Under the pieces are notes generated by a model that had not been told where the DNA came from, did not search any database, and saw nothing but the letters and a program-made list of their open reading frames with translations. Shown here piece after piece: positions 54,257 to 64,000 of a DNA stretch of 64,000 nt (position 1 is the first letter of the stretch; each line of letters begins with the position of its first letter). The stretch comes from Candidatus Lustribacter sp. GTDB taxonomy: Bacteria > Vulcanimicrobiota > Vulcanimicrobiia > Vulcanimicrobiales > Vulcanimicrobiaceae. The position numbers and the translations under genes were made by a program. The stretch spans positions 2,944,001 to 3,008,000 of the forward strand of contig OZ255842.1 in NCBI GenBank assembly GCA_965277805.1, given 5' to 3'.

Positions 54257-55099
54257 CTACAACCCTAAAACGCGCTCGGCGTTGCCGTGAAAGATGCCTT
54301 CCATGACCTCATCCTTGTAGCCGAGTTCGGTCCACTCGCGCAGGATGCGCTCGTACGGCAGACTTGGGTAATCGCTGCCGAACATCACCTTGTCTTTGAG
54401 GCGCGCGCGAATGTCGACTTTGAGCTGCGCCGGAAAATACTTGGGCGCCCAGCCGGAGAGTTCCCAATAGACGTTGCCCTTGTGCAACGCCACCGCCGTC
54501 ATTTCGTCGACCCACGGATACCCGGGATGCGCGGCCAAAATGGTGAGGTTCGGAAAATCAGCGGCCAGCTCGTCGATCGCGGCGGGATGTGCGTGCCGGA
54601 TTTTCGCGCCCATGCCGCCCGGCATGCCGGCGCCCATGCCGGTGGTGCCGACGTCGATCATCACCGGCACCTTGAGCGCATCGATCGTCTCGAAGAGCGG
54701 ATAGAGCGCGCGATCGTTGACCGCATAGTGGCCCATGATCGGATGGAAGTGGAAGCCGAGCATGCCGAGGTCTTCGATCGCGTGTTTGGCTTCGCGAATC
54801 GCCTCCTCGCCCTTGAACGGATCGACCGACGCCCAGGCTTGGATGATCCGTTCGGGATGACGCTTTTGCATCGCCGACACGTAGTCGTTGGAACACGGCG
54901 GGGTGTGCACGGTCGTTTCCAAATCGAGCGCGACGAGCACCGACTCGACGCCGGCGTCGGTGAAATCTTGCACGACGGCCGCTTCGTCTTTGGCCACCCA
55001 GCCGCGGCCCCAGTACTTCGCGAGCGCATCGACGTAGGGTTGCTGACACGCAATCCACTCTTGGGTGTTGGGATAGGTGTGCAGGTCGATGATCCGCAC
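54257..55099 (-). CDS. Amidohydro_2 protein, CouO-like beta-ketoacyl-CoA hydrolase candidate
   Basis: IDLHT, AAHPGYPW, ELSGWAPKYFP, FGSDYP. Confidence 0.8.
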   Translation of the reverse strand: MRIIDLHTYPNTQEWIACQQPYVDALAKYWGRGWVAKDEAAVVQDFTDAGVESVLVALDLETTVHTPPCSNDYVSAMQKRHPERIIQAWASVDPFKGEEAIREAKHAIEDLGMLGFHFHPIMGHYAVNDRALYPLFETIDALKVPVMIDVGTTGMGAGMPGGMGAKIRHAHPAAIDELAADFPNLTILAAHPGYPWVDEMTAVALHKGNVYWELSGWAPKYFPAQLKVDIRARLKDKVMFGSDYPSLPYERILREWTELGYKDEVMEGIFHGNAERVLGL

Positions 55100-55100
55100 G

Positions 55101-56744
55101 CTACCCCGCCGCAGCCATCTTCGCGGAAACCGTCGCGACCAGATCTTTCTTCGAGACTTTGCCGAACGTCGAGAGCGGGAAGTCGTCCATGATCTCCATA
55201 CGTTCGGGCAGCTTGTACTTAGCGATCTCTTTGCCGGCCAGGAACGTCTTGAGCTCGTCGAACGTCAGCGTTTGGTTGTCGCGCAAGATGATGCACGCGC
55301 ACATCCGCTCGCCCAGATCCTTATCGGGGACCGCGATACAGGCGACGTTTTTCACCGCCGGATGCGAGAGGATGAGATTCTCGATCTCCTCGGCGCTGAT
55401 CTTCTCGCCGCCGCGGTTGATCAGGTCTTTTTTGCGACCCTCGACCATATAGTTGCCCGACGGATGCTGTTTGAACAAGTCGCCGGAACGATAGAATCCG
55501 TCGGCCGTGAACTGGCGCGCATTATACTCGGGGACACCGTAGTAGCCGCGCAGCGTGTAGGGCCCGCGGCAGCACATCTCACCGACTTCGCCGGGTTTGA
55601 CGATGTTGTCGTCCTCGTCGAGAATCATCACTTCGTCGTCGGGGCAGACGGGCCGCCCGACCGTTTCGAGCCGCACGTCTTCGGGATCATCGCGCCGCAC
55701 GAACGTCAAAAGACCCTCGGACATGCCGAAGTTCTCTTGCACGAACGCGCTCGGGATGAGCTTGCGCGCGAGCAGCCGCACTTCGGGCTGCATCCGCTGG
55801 CCGCCGCTCTGAATCGTCGTGAGCGACGAGAGGTCGTGTTTCGTCACGGCCGGATCGTTGAGCAGCCGGATCAGCAGCGCCGGCACGACCTTGAGGTGCG
55901 TGACCTTATGGCGTTCGATCAGCGAGCACATGTCCTCGGGCTTCGTGCTGGCGCTGATCACGACGCGCGCGCCGTTGAGCATGTACCCCTGAATGCCCGG
56001 GCACGCGAGCGGCAGGTTGTGCGCGATCGGAAGAACGACGAGCAGCACGCCGTCCTGATCGACGCCGCACACTTGGGCCGCGACTTTCGAGTTGTACGCG
56101 TAGTCGTTGTGCGTGCGCGGAATGAGTTTCGGAATGCCCGTCGTTCCGCCGGAGAGTTGAAATACCGCCGGGTCGGTGGGATCGATGACGATCGATTCGA
56201 GTTCGTGCCGCGCGAGGGTGGCCGGCCGCTCGATCAGATCGACGAGCGAGGCCGAACCGGCCGGTGCCTCGCCGAGGACGATTGCGTGCTTCAAAGCCGG
56301 CGTCGCTGCTTGAATGCGCGCCACCATGGCGGTGTAGTCGAAGTCGCGCGACTTATCGGGCGTCACCACGGTCGTGGCGCCGGAGAGTTCCGCGAACTGG
56401 GTGATCTCAGCAAAACGGTGGGTGACGAGCGCGGCAATCGGGATCGCGCCGATCTTCTGCAGCGCGAAATACAAGATCACGAATTCGGCGACGTTCGGCA
56501 ATTGCACGACGACGCGGTCGAGCGGCTTCAGGCCCAACTCGAGCAAGTTCAGCGCGAGGTTGGTCGAGAGCCGGTTGATGTCGGCGTATTCGTAGGTGCG
56601 CTCGCCGTCGATCAGCGCAACGCGCTCCGCGAAGCGCGCAAACATCGCCCCGAACTCCTCGCGCAGCGCACGGTCTTCCCAATACCCGGCGGCGCGATAG
56701 CGCGCGGCGAACTCGGGCGGGAACTTAACGACCCCTTCTAACAT
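55101..56744 (-). CDS. Aryl-acid adenylating enzyme (EntE/DhbE-like), probably an aryl-CoA ligase
   Basis: YRAAGYW, FQLSGGTTGIPKLIPRTHNDY, HNLPLACPG, FGMSEGL. Confidence 0.88.
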   Translation of the reverse strand: MLEGVVKFPPEFAARYRAAGYWEDRALREEFGAMFARFAERVALIDGERTYEYADINRLSTNLALNLLELGLKPLDRVVVQLPNVAEFVILYFALQKIGAIPIAALVTHRFAEITQFAELSGATTVVTPDKSRDFDYTAMVARIQAATPALKHAIVLGEAPAGSASLVDLIERPATLARHELESIVIDPTDPAVFQLSGGTTGIPKLIPRTHNDYAYNSKVAAQVCGVDQDGVLLVVLPIAHNLPLACPGIQGYMLNGARVVISASTKPEDMCSLIERHKVTHLKVVPALLIRLLNDPAVTKHDLSSLTTIQSGGQRMQPEVRLLARKLIPSAFVQENFGMSEGLLTFVRRDDPEDVRLETVGRPVCPDDEVMILDEDDNIVKPGEVGEMCCRGPYTLRGYYGVPEYNARQFTADGFYRSGDLFKQHPSGNYMVEGRKKDLINRGGEKISAEEIENLILSHPAVKNVACIAVPDKDLGERMCACIILRDNQTLTFDELKTFLAGKEIAKYKLPERMEIMDDFPLSTFGKVSKKDLVATVSAKMAAAG

Positions 56745-56754
56745 GCGGCGATCC

Positions 56755-57522
56755 TCACGTCGACGAGGCGAAGCCGCCGTCCACGACGACGATCTCCCCG
56801 TTGACCATTTTGTTGGAGACGAGCAGGTTTACGATGACTTCCGCAACGTCGTCGGCATCGATCACTCGTTTGAGCGGCGTGGCCTTCGCGCGGCGCGTCA
56901 TCAGATCGTCATAGCGATCGGCGAGCGTCCGCTGCATCCAGTCGCCCTCCATCCAGCCCGGCGCAACCGCGTTGACGCGGATCTCGGGCCCGAGGTTGAT
57001 GGCAAAAAGTTTCGTCAGGCTGACCACCGCGGCTTTGCTCGCGGCATATGGGAGCGGCTGCAGGCCCGGCCGCAGGCCGACGATGCTGGCCGTGTTCACG
57101 ATGCTGCCGCGCGCAGCTTTGAGCATCGGCACCGCGGCCCGCGTGACCTGAAACATGCCGCGCACGTTGACGGCGAACACGCGATCCCACTCTTCCGGCG
57201 TCATCGCGTCCATGTCTTTGGGACCGATCTCGCTCGTGATCCCGGCGTTGTTGACGAGCGCGTCGAGGCGTCCGAACGTCGATTCGACTGCGGCAAGCAT
57301 CGCCTTCACGCCCGGATCGTCGCTCACGTCGCACTTGAGGAGCAGCGTCTTCGCACCCTTGGCCTCGGCGAGGCGCACGGTCTCGAGCGCGCTCTTCTCG
57401 CTCGAACTGTAGTTGATGGCCACGTCAAAGCCATGGGCGGCCAGGGCGACGGCCGCGGCCCGGCCAATGCCGCTCGAGGCGCCCGTCACCAGCGCGATGG
57501 GTTTCGTATCGGTCGTGCTCAC
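56755..57522 (-). CDS. SDR oxidoreductase
   Basis: TGASSGIG, NNAG, YAASK, VDGG. Confidence 0.92.
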   Translation of the reverse strand: MSTTDTKPIALVTGASSGIGRAAAVALAAHGFDVAINYSSSEKSALETVRLAEAKGAKTLLLKCDVSDDPGVKAMLAAVESTFGRLDALVNNAGITSEIGPKDMDAMTPEEWDRVFAVNVRGMFQVTRAAVPMLKAARGSIVNTASIVGLRPGLQPLPYAASKAAVVSLTKLFAINLGPEIRVNAVAPGWMEGDWMQRTLADRYDDLMTRRAKATPLKRVIDADDVAEVIVNLLVSNKMVNGEIVVVDGGFASST

Positions 57523-57531
57523 GTGAGCGAG

Positions 57532-57552
57532 ATAGTAACGCAAGGAAACTAT
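57532..57552. promoter_or_regulatory. Possible operator between the divergent catabolic arms
   Basis: ATAGT-N11-ACTAT inverted repeat in an AT-rich spacer; a MarR gene lies at 58516. Confidence 0.35.
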
Positions 57553-57603
57553 TTCCTTCACGGGAAGCCCGTGACCACTCTCAGCACGGTATTAGGAGCA
57601 AGC

Positions 57604-58515
57604 ATGGGCTATAAAATCGTTACGTATGACGCCGGCAAAGGCTCGCGAGCCGGAATCGTCGCCGGCGACCGGTTGATCGATGCCGCCGAAGCGAGCGGCA
57701 ACGCCGCCTACGCAACGACGCTCGGCATCTTCGCCGACTGGGAGGCCGCCGAGGCGAAGCTGGCCGCGCTCGCCGCCGACACGAACACTAAAAGCACGGT
57801 GCTCGACTGGTCTCAGCTTCAAGCGCCCGTTCGGCCCGCCGCGATCTACTGCGCCGGTGCCAATTACAGCGACCACGTGACGGAGATGAATGCCGCGCAA
57901 GGCAAGGGTCCCGAGCCCGACCCTCACACGCTCGGCCTGAAGCCCTGGCACTTCATCAAGTCTGCGCATGCGATCGTCGGGCCCGGCGTCGCGGTCAAAA
58001 TTCCGCCCGAAACGCAAAAGATGGACTGGGAAGTCGAGCTGGGCGCGATCATCGGCAAGACGGCGAAGCGCGTCTCCGAAGCGGACGCGCTCAAGTACGT
58101 CGCGGGCTACACGGTCACCAACGACCTCTCCGCACGCGATCTCGGCTGGCGCCCGCCGGTGCCGAACACCTCGCCCTTCTACAGCGATTGGCTCGCGCAC
58201 AAGAGCTTCGACGGCTCGGCACCGATCGGTCCCTGGATCGTTCCCGCAAGCGAGATCGGCGATCCGCAGAACCTCGGTATCCGGCTATCCGTGAACGGCG
58301 TGGTCAAGCAAGACTCCAACACCAAGAACATGATCTACAACCTGGCCGAGCAGATCGCGCAACTCTCGCTGCGCATCACGCTGCACCCCGGCGACCTGAT
58401 CATGACCGGCACGCCCGCGGGCGTCGGCGCGGGCCGCAACGAGTTTCTCAAACCCGGCGACAGCCTCGAACTCTGGTGTGAAAAGGTCGGCACGCTCAAA
58501 CACACGATGGCATAG
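57604..58515 (+). CDS. Fumarylacetoacetate hydrolase family protein
   Basis: RBS AGGAG; GANYSDH, DWEVELG, NDLSARD, KSFD, TGTPAGVG. Confidence 0.92.
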   Translation: MGYKIVTYDAGKGSRAGIVAGDRLIDAAEASGNAAYATTLGIFADWEAAEAKLAALAADTNTKSTVLDWSQLQAPVRPAAIYCAGANYSDHVTEMNAAQGKGPEPDPHTLGLKPWHFIKSAHAIVGPGVAVKIPPETQKMDWEVELGAIIGKTAKRVSEADALKYVAGYTVTNDLSARDLGWRPPVPNTSPFYSDWLAHKSFDGSAPIGPWIVPASEIGDPQNLGIRLSVNGVVKQDSNTKNMIYNLAEQIAQLSLRITLHPGDLIMTGTPAGVGAGRNEFLKPGDSLELWCEKVGTLKHTMA

Positions 58516-59016
58516 ATGCCTGGGCGACACCGCCTGCGCACCCCGACCCTCGTAACGAAGCGGCCGAAGGCCTCGAACATCGATCGGGAGCGTCACGAGC
58601 ATCTTGGGTGGCTGCTCGGACGCGTCGATTTGCTGTTTGCCGAAGGGGTGACGCGCCGGATGCACGCGCGCGGCTTCGCCGGCATCCGGCTCGTGCACAT
58701 CGCGCTGATTCGCAACGTCGACGAGAACGGCACGCGCATCAGCGAAATCGCGCGCCGCGCCGGCATGACGAAACAAGCGACGGGGCAACTCGTCGCCGAG
58801 TTCGTCGACCTCGGTTTCATCCGGCTCGTCAACGATCCGAGCGACGGACGCGTGAAGATCGCACGCTACACTGCCAAAGGCCGGCGGCTGCTGATCGCAA
58901 TCGTCGGCTCGATCGAGGAGACCGAGACGGCGGTGGCCACAACGATCGGCGCTTCCAAACTCGCGACGCTCAAGAAGACGCTCGGGCTCGTCCTCGCGCA
59001 CGAGCACGACGGCTGA
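58516..59016 (+). CDS. MarR family transcriptional regulator
   Basis: ISEIARRAGMTKQA, DPSDGRVK..TAKG. Start uncertain. Confidence 0.85.
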   Translation: MPGRHRLRTPTLVTKRPKASNIDRERHEHLGWLLGRVDLLFAEGVTRRMHARGFAGIRLVHIALIRNVDENGTRISEIARRAGMTKQATGQLVAEFVDLGFIRLVNDPSDGRVKIARYTAKGRRLLIAIVGSIEETETAVATTIGASKLATLKKTLGLVLAHEHDG

Positions 59017-59605
59017 ACCACACCGTCCAGAGCGCCAGCAAACCCATGATGCCGTAGCCGACGAACGGGCTAACCAGCAGATACGTTTTGATCGGCAGCG
59101 CGAACACGAGCACGCAGGCGACGGCAGTGGCGGCCAGCAGGCCGAATCCCCACACCAGCGTCATGAACGTCATCGTGCGGCGAAAAGACACGTTGTCTTT
59201 GAGGTTCACCAGTTCGGCTGCCGCGGCGGACGATTGCCGCGCCGCGCCGGCCACCGCGAGCTGATAGATGACCGGTTTGCCGATCGCCGCCGAGCCGAGG
59301 AACACGAGCCCGATCGCACCGGTGACGAGGTTCTCGCGCAACTGCAAAAACTTCACCGAACCGCCGCCGATGAACGCCACGAGCGAGAGCGCGATCCCGA
59401 GCAGCACGAACAGCGAGACCGCATCGACGCGCCGCTTGCGCGCGAACTCGGCCAGGCTCCACAGGATCGGCGGCGCCGACGATGCGAGCAGCGCGCGCAC
59501 GTCGCCGTAGCGCGGCTGCAGCAGGCTGTACACGCCGTACGGTAACGCGACGTTGACGACGATCTCAACGAGAAAGCCGCCGCCGTGTTTGCGGACCGCA
59601 TTCAC
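58970..59605 (-). CDS. VC0807-family membrane protein
   Basis: NVALPYGVY, RENLVTG, FLGS..IGKP, MTLVWG; GTGA coupling. Confidence 0.75.
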   Translation of the reverse strand: MNAVRKHGGGFLVEIVVNVALPYGVYSLLQPRYGDVRALLASSAPPILWSLAEFARKRRVDAVSLFVLLGIALSLVAFIGGGSVKFLQLRENLVTGAIGLVFLGSAAIGKPVIYQLAVAGAARQSSAAAAELVNLKDNVSFRRTMTFMTLVWGFGLLAATAVACVLVFALPIKTYLLVSPFVGYGIMGLLALWTVWFSRRARARGRARASS

Positions 59606-61293
59606 GGCAGTTCGGCTTCGGTCATCCCATAGTCGCGCAGCGCTGCCGCGCGCGTCACGTAGCCGTTCTGCACGTCTTCCGCCACGGTTGCCCGCGGGCG
59701 TTCGTGCGGATCGCCGTAACCGCCGCCGCCGCCGCTTTCGATCACCAGCACGTCGCCCGGCTTGAGCGGCTCGCCCTCGAGTTTGCCGTTGCCGTTCGAG
59801 AACGATTCGCCGCCGGCGCGTTCGAGATGCACGCGGTTGGGCAGCGCTTCGCTCCCGCCGTTGAGTCCCCACGGCGCGCACTTGGTGCGCTCGACGTGAA
59901 CGTTCGTGCGCATCGGCGCTGCCGCGCGCACGCGCAGCTCCAACCCAAGTCCGCCGCGTCGTTCGCCCGGGCCGCCGGAGTCGGGCCGCAGCGCGTACCG
60001 CTCGATCACGATCGGGTTCTTGGCCTCCAGCGCCTCGAGCACCGCATTGTGCGTGTCGCCGTCGTTGATGCACACGACCGCGCTCATGCCGTCGCCGCCG
60101 GCCGTTGCGCCCCAGCCGCCGCCGGGCGGATTCGTCGATCCGACGTAAAAGCGGCCGGTGCGCGGGTTGATCCCGTACATCGTGCCGACGCAGAGATCGG
60201 CGTGGTGACCGGCCGCCACGCGCTCCGGAATCGCCGGCGCGAGCGCGCGGAAGATCGTATCGACAACGGTCATCGGAATCGTCATCCACCAGCGCATCGC
60301 CGCGGGTTTGGTGGCGCTGACCACGCGCCCGGGCGGCAAGATGATGTCGAGATTACGAAACGCGCCGTCGTTGATCGGGTACTGCGTCGGCGTCGTGACG
60401 CATTTGAACGCGACTTGCGCGGCCGACCGCCCCGCCGTCGCACCGGAGTTAAAGTAGCCTTGCACTTGCGGGCTGACGTCGCTCAGATCGATCGTCATCC
60501 GGTCGCCCGCGACGATCACCTTCACCTTGATCGGAATGCGCGCGTCGGTGATGCCGTCGTCGTCCATGTACGATTCGGCTTCGTAGGTGCCGTCGGGAAT
60601 GGCGGCCACGGAGGCCCGCGCGAGGCGTTCGGTCAGCGCGTAGACCCCGGCGATGCTGCCGTTCACCGCGGCCAGTCCGTACTTGTTCAAGAGCGCGCCG
60701 TAGCGCTGTTCGCCGGTGCGGATCGCCGCGATCTGCGCGCGGAAATCACCCATGGCGAGTTCGGGCACGCGCACGTTGGTGCGGATGATCCGCGTCAGCT
60801 CGTCGTCCTGAACGCCGCGCTTGAAGATCTTGACGATCGGCAGCTGCAGGCCTTCGGAGTAGATGTCTTGCGTGCGCGCGCCGAGCGTGCCGCCGATGTC
60901 GATCCAGTGCGCCATCGACGACGAGAACGCCACGATCTTGCCTTCGTGAAAGATCGGCACCGTGAAGATCATGTGATTGAGATGGCTGCCCATGATGTAG
61001 GCATCGTTGGTCAGCAAGATGTCGCCCGGTTCGATGCCGTCGCGGCCGTAGAACTCGAGTTTCGCCTTGATCGCATCCGAGAGGCCCCGGATGAACATCG
61101 GCAAGCCGAGGCCGATCGACACCGTGTCGCCGTTGGCATCGAAGAGCCCGACCGTGTAATCGAGCGCTTCGTAGATGATCGGGTTATAGGCGGTCCGCAT
61201 GAGATTGGTCTTCATCTCATCGGTGATTGCGATCAGCGCGTTGCGGATGATCTCGGCGGTAATGGGGTCGTGGTCGTTGCGCGCGGTCGTCAT
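59602..61293 (-). CDS. Hydantoinase B / oxoprolinase family protein
   Basis: DPITAEII, NDAY..GSHLN, HWIDIGG, EGLQLP, SGGPGERRGG, GGGGGYGDP. Confidence 0.93.
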   Translation of the reverse strand: MTTARNDHDPITAEIIRNALIAITDEMKTNLMRTAYNPIIYEALDYTVGLFDANGDTVSIGLGLPMFIRGLSDAIKAKLEFYGRDGIEPGDILLTNDAYIMGSHLNHMIFTVPIFHEGKIVAFSSSMAHWIDIGGTLGARTQDIYSEGLQLPIVKIFKRGVQDDELTRIIRTNVRVPELAMGDFRAQIAAIRTGEQRYGALLNKYGLAAVNGSIAGVYALTERLARASVAAIPDGTYEAESYMDDDGITDARIPIKVKVIVAGDRMTIDLSDVSPQVQGYFNSGATAGRSAAQVAFKCVTTPTQYPINDGAFRNLDIILPPGRVVSATKPAAMRWWMTIPMTVVDTIFRALAPAIPERVAAGHHADLCVGTMYGINPRTGRFYVGSTNPPGGGWGATAGGDGMSAVVCINDGDTHNAVLEALEAKNPIVIERYALRPDSGGPGERRGGLGLELRVRAAAPMRTNVHVERTKCAPWGLNGGSEALPNRVHLERAGGESFSNGNGKLEGEPLKPGDVLVIESGGGGGYGDPHERPRATVAEDVQNGYVTRAAALRDYGMTEAELP

Positions 61294-63344
61294 GCGTCCA
61301 CCGTGAGGATCATGTGGCCGGAAGATTGTACGTCGACGCGCACGTTGGGCGGGATGACGGTGGCCGAACCGTCTTCCTGTACGATCGCCGGGCCGTCGAA
61401 TGAATCGCCGCCGAGCAGGTGCTGCCGGTCGTAGACCTGCGCTTCGATCTCGGTGCGCGGATCGAAGCGTACGCGCCGCTTGCCGATCAGCGCCTTTTCT
61501 CCCGGGATGCCGTTGCCGTCAGCCAGCCCCGCCAGCACGGGTTTGCTGAGCCGGCCGACGATCGAGACGCGCGCCGCGATGATCTCCGCCGGCTCTTCCG
61601 GCGCGTTGTGGCTGTACCGTAACTGGTGCGCTGCGTCGAAGGCGCTCTTCACGGCTGCGTGAGCGCTTCCCGGCGCGAGCGGAATCGTCACCGAGTAGTT
61701 CTGGCCGACGTACCGCACGTCGATCGCGTGCTCGAGCAGCGTGTGTTCGCTCGGCACGCCGGCCGAGCGCAGCCAGGCCGACGCTTCGGTTTCCAGTGTC
61801 TTGAAGAATTCGGTCGTGCCGCGCAAGCCCTCATCGGTCAACGGCGCGCGATAAGTTTGCGCGTACTCGCGCCGCAGGTCGGCCGTGAGCATGCCGTAGG
61901 CCGAGAACGTGCCCGGCGCTTGCGGAATCACGACCGTGCGGATCGCCAACTCGCGCGCCACGTCGACGGCGTGCAGCGGCCCCGCTCCGCCGTAGGCGAT
62001 CAAGGCGAAATCGCGCGGATCGAGCCCGCGCTCGGTCGTCACCGCTCGTACCGCGTTCGCCATGGCAGCCGTCGCGATCGCCACGATGCCGCCGGCGGCC
62101 AGCGGCACGTCCAGACCAAGCGGCGCCGCGATGTGCTCCTGCACTGCGCGCGTTGCGGCGCCGACGTCGAGCGCCATACGGCCGCCGAGAAATCGTTCCG
62201 CCGCGAGATGTCCGAGCAGCAGATGCGCGTCGGTGACGGTCGGCAGCGTGCCGCCGTTGCCGTACGCCGCCGGCCCCGGACTCGCGCCCGCGCTTTCCGG
62301 GCCCACGTGCAAACCGCCGGCTTCATCGACCGACGCGATGCTGCCGCCGCCGGTGCCGATCTCCTTGATGTCGAGCACCGGAATGCGGATCGCCAGACCT
62401 TCGTTGTAGCCGCCGATGAAGTAATCGCTCGAAAGCGCGGCCGCGCCGGCTTGCAAAACGCACGCCTTAGCGGTTGTGCCACCCATGTCGAAGCAAATCA
62501 CGTTCTCGAGCCCCATAACCGCGCTAACCGCCTGTGAGGCCACTACACCGCCGGCCGGTCCCGACTCGAGCATCTGAATGCATTGCTCGCGCGCGGTTCC
62601 GACGTCGCACAATCCGCCGCTGGATTGCATGATCAAAAGGTTACCGTTGAAGCCGTCATCCGCGAGATGCTTTTCGAGGCGAGCGAGATACGTGCTGACG
62701 CGCGGGCCGACGTAGGCGTTGGCGGCGACGGTCGAGGTCCGTTCGTACTCGCGCTGTTCGCGCGAGACGTGGTGCGACGCCGTAATGAACGCATCGGGTA
62801 GCGCCTCGCGCAGCAGCTCGACCATGCGCTGCTCGTGCGCGACGTTGACGTAGGAGTGCAAGAACAGCACCGCCACCGCCTCGATGTCCTGCGCCTTGAC
62901 GGCTTGCGCCACGCTGCGCGCATCGGCTTCATCGATCGGCTTCTCCACCGATCCGTCGTAGAGCATCCGCTCCGCGACTTCGAACCGCAGCGCGCGCGGG
63001 ATCAGCGGCACGTGCTTGCGGAAGGCGAGGTTGAACGAATCGGGCCGGTTGACGCGCCCGATCTCGTACACGTCGCGAAAGCCCTGCGTCGTGACCAGGG
63101 CGGTCTTCGCGCCCTTGCGCTCGAGGATCGCGTTGATCGCGACGGTCGAGCCGTGAATGATGAACTCCGCATCGCGCGGCGGCCGGCCGGTTACGCCGAT
63201 CGCATCGAGGATGCCGCGCACGAGATCGTCGGGCGTGCTCAAGGACTTGCCGAAGGTCACCGAACCGTCGCTCGTATCCATCACGGTCACGTCGGTAAAC
63301 GTGCCGCCGATGTCGACGCCGATCCGGAGGGCTTTACCGCTCAC
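61290..63344 (-). CDS. Hydantoinase A / oxoprolinase family protein
   Basis: DIGGTFTD, HGSTVAINA, REYERTST, SGPAGG, DMGGTT, GPESAGASPGP. Confidence 0.93.
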   Translation of the reverse strand: MSGKALRIGVDIGGTFTDVTVMDTSDGSVTFGKSLSTPDDLVRGILDAIGVTGRPPRDAEFIIHGSTVAINAILERKGAKTALVTTQGFRDVYEIGRVNRPDSFNLAFRKHVPLIPRALRFEVAERMLYDGSVEKPIDEADARSVAQAVKAQDIEAVAVLFLHSYVNVAHEQRMVELLREALPDAFITASHHVSREQREYERTSTVAANAYVGPRVSTYLARLEKHLADDGFNGNLLIMQSSGGLCDVGTAREQCIQMLESGPAGGVVASQAVSAVMGLENVICFDMGGTTAKACVLQAGAAALSSDYFIGGYNEGLAIRIPVLDIKEIGTGGGSIASVDEAGGLHVGPESAGASPGPAAYGNGGTLPTVTDAHLLLGHLAAERFLGGRMALDVGAATRAVQEHIAAPLGLDVPLAAGGIVAIATAAMANAVRAVTTERGLDPRDFALIAYGGAGPLHAVDVARELAIRTVVIPQAPGTFSAYGMLTADLRREYAQTYRAPLTDEGLRGTTEFFKTLETEASAWLRSAGVPSEHTLLEHAIDVRYVGQNYSVTIPLAPGSAHAAVKSAFDAAHQLRYSHNAPEEPAEIIAARVSIVGRLSKPVLAGLADGNGIPGEKALIGKRRVRFDPRTEIEAQVYDRQHLLGGDSFDGPAIVQEDGSATVIPPNVRVDVQSSGHMILTVDA

Positions 63345-63640
63345 GAACAGCGATGGGTGGAGAGAAAGTCGCGCAGCCAGCCGTTCCAGGCAGCTTCGAT
63401 CGCGGCCTCGGCATCCGGCGCCGGGCGCGTGACGATGCGCAAGTCGGCGTCGGCAAGATGAATATCGGGAGCGGGTTTGGTGACGATGATGATCTCTCCA
63501 CGTTCGACGAGCCGCTCCAGCGCGGCGGCGAATTCCACGGGGTCGCGCTGCGGCGAAATCCCGTATTGCACTTCGGTCACAAACAGCGCGGTTTCCGAAC
63601 GGCGTTCGAAGACGTCGACGATCGCCTCTTCCGCAGTCAT
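63341..63640 (-). CDS. Small hypothetical protein coupled to hydantoinase A
   Basis: 99 aa ending WLRDFLSTHRCS; GTGA overlap with the downstream start. Confidence 0.7.
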   Translation of the reverse strand: MTAEEAIVDVFERRSETALFVTEVQYGISPQRDPVEFAAALERLVERGEIIIVTKPAPDIHLADADLRIVTRPAPDAEAAIEAAWNGWLRDFLSTHRCS

Positions 63641-63647
63641 GCGCAGC

Positions 63648-64000
63648 CTACCGGTAGAAATACTCGGGCGCAGGAAACGTTTTCGGCAACACGCCGTACT
63701 TCGCGGCCACGTCGATGACCGGCTGGTAATCCGAAACGAGCAGCGTCTCGGCGAATTGCCCATGCTTGATCCGGTCGACGACAGCCTGCGGAAGCTTGGT
63801 GTATTTCGCCAGGATGACTCCGGCCGCGGCGGGATTGGCGTTGGCCCATTGCGCCGTCTCTTTGATCGCGGCGATGAATTTTGCGGCCGCCGCCGGATTT
63901 TTTGCCGCCCAGTCCTTGGTCGTGAAGAATCCCGAGAGGATGTAGCGCGGCGCGATGGCGTTCTTGTCCATAAATATCGCGCGCAGCCCCTTGTCGGCAC
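63648..64000 (-). CDS. NitT/TauT-type ABC substrate-binding protein, 3' part
   Basis: Frame open to the window edge; FFTTKDWAAKNPAAAAKFIAAI. Confidence 0.8.
   Translation of the reverse strand, partial: ADKGLRAIFMDKNAIAPRYILSGFFTTKDWAAKNPAAAAKFIAAIKETAQWANANPAAAGVILAKYTKLPQAVVDRIKHGQFAETLLVSDYQPVIDVAAKYGVLPKTFPAPEYFYR

Noticed and set aside
55101-56744. Siderophore (enterobactin/bacillibactin) biosynthesis
   Set aside because: No isochorismate synthase, aryl carrier protein or NRPS in the window; neighbours are catabolic.

Overview
High-GC, gene-dense bacterial chromosome window. The many 'LAACGGGG' lipoproteins and the MalT-like protein suggest Eremiobacterota/Vulcanimicrobiota, but this is an inference. 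I found no rRNA, tRNA, CRISPR array, transposase or phage gene. Layout: (1) 1-17.3 kb is a cell-surface region with the 3' end of a BcsA-like synthase, two DUF2723/TMEM260-like glycosyltransferases, five paralogous Ser/Thr-rich lipoproteins in two coupled clusters, two more glycosyltransferases and a mannose-6-P isomerase. (2) 17.9-39.4 kb holds housekeeping and transport genes: a Liv-type ABC system with an in-frame palindromic repeat, IlvA, an acyl-CoA ligase, a histone-H1-like protein next to a GNAT, a Na+/H+ antiporter, MFS, ABC-2, AlkA, an amidase, a beta-lactamase-like protein, cyclophilin and a CYP199A-like P450. (3) 39.5-44 kb is a translationally coupled operon of an S53 peptidase carrying four (P/A)LSAFPA peptide repeats, an HTH-less MalT-like STAND protein and an HD-GYP protein. 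(4) 44-64 kb is catabolic: a divergent SucCD-like ligase with ferredoxin and HMG-CoA-lyase-like genes, a MarR/SDR pair with mirror operators, an aryl-CoA ligase/hydrolase/thiolase cluster and hydantoinase A/B. The two best candidates for an undescribed system are the possibly glycosylated, type-V-pilin-like lipoprotein family and the repeat-peptide S53/STAND/HD-GYP module. All family calls come from motif recognition by eye; no database search was run.
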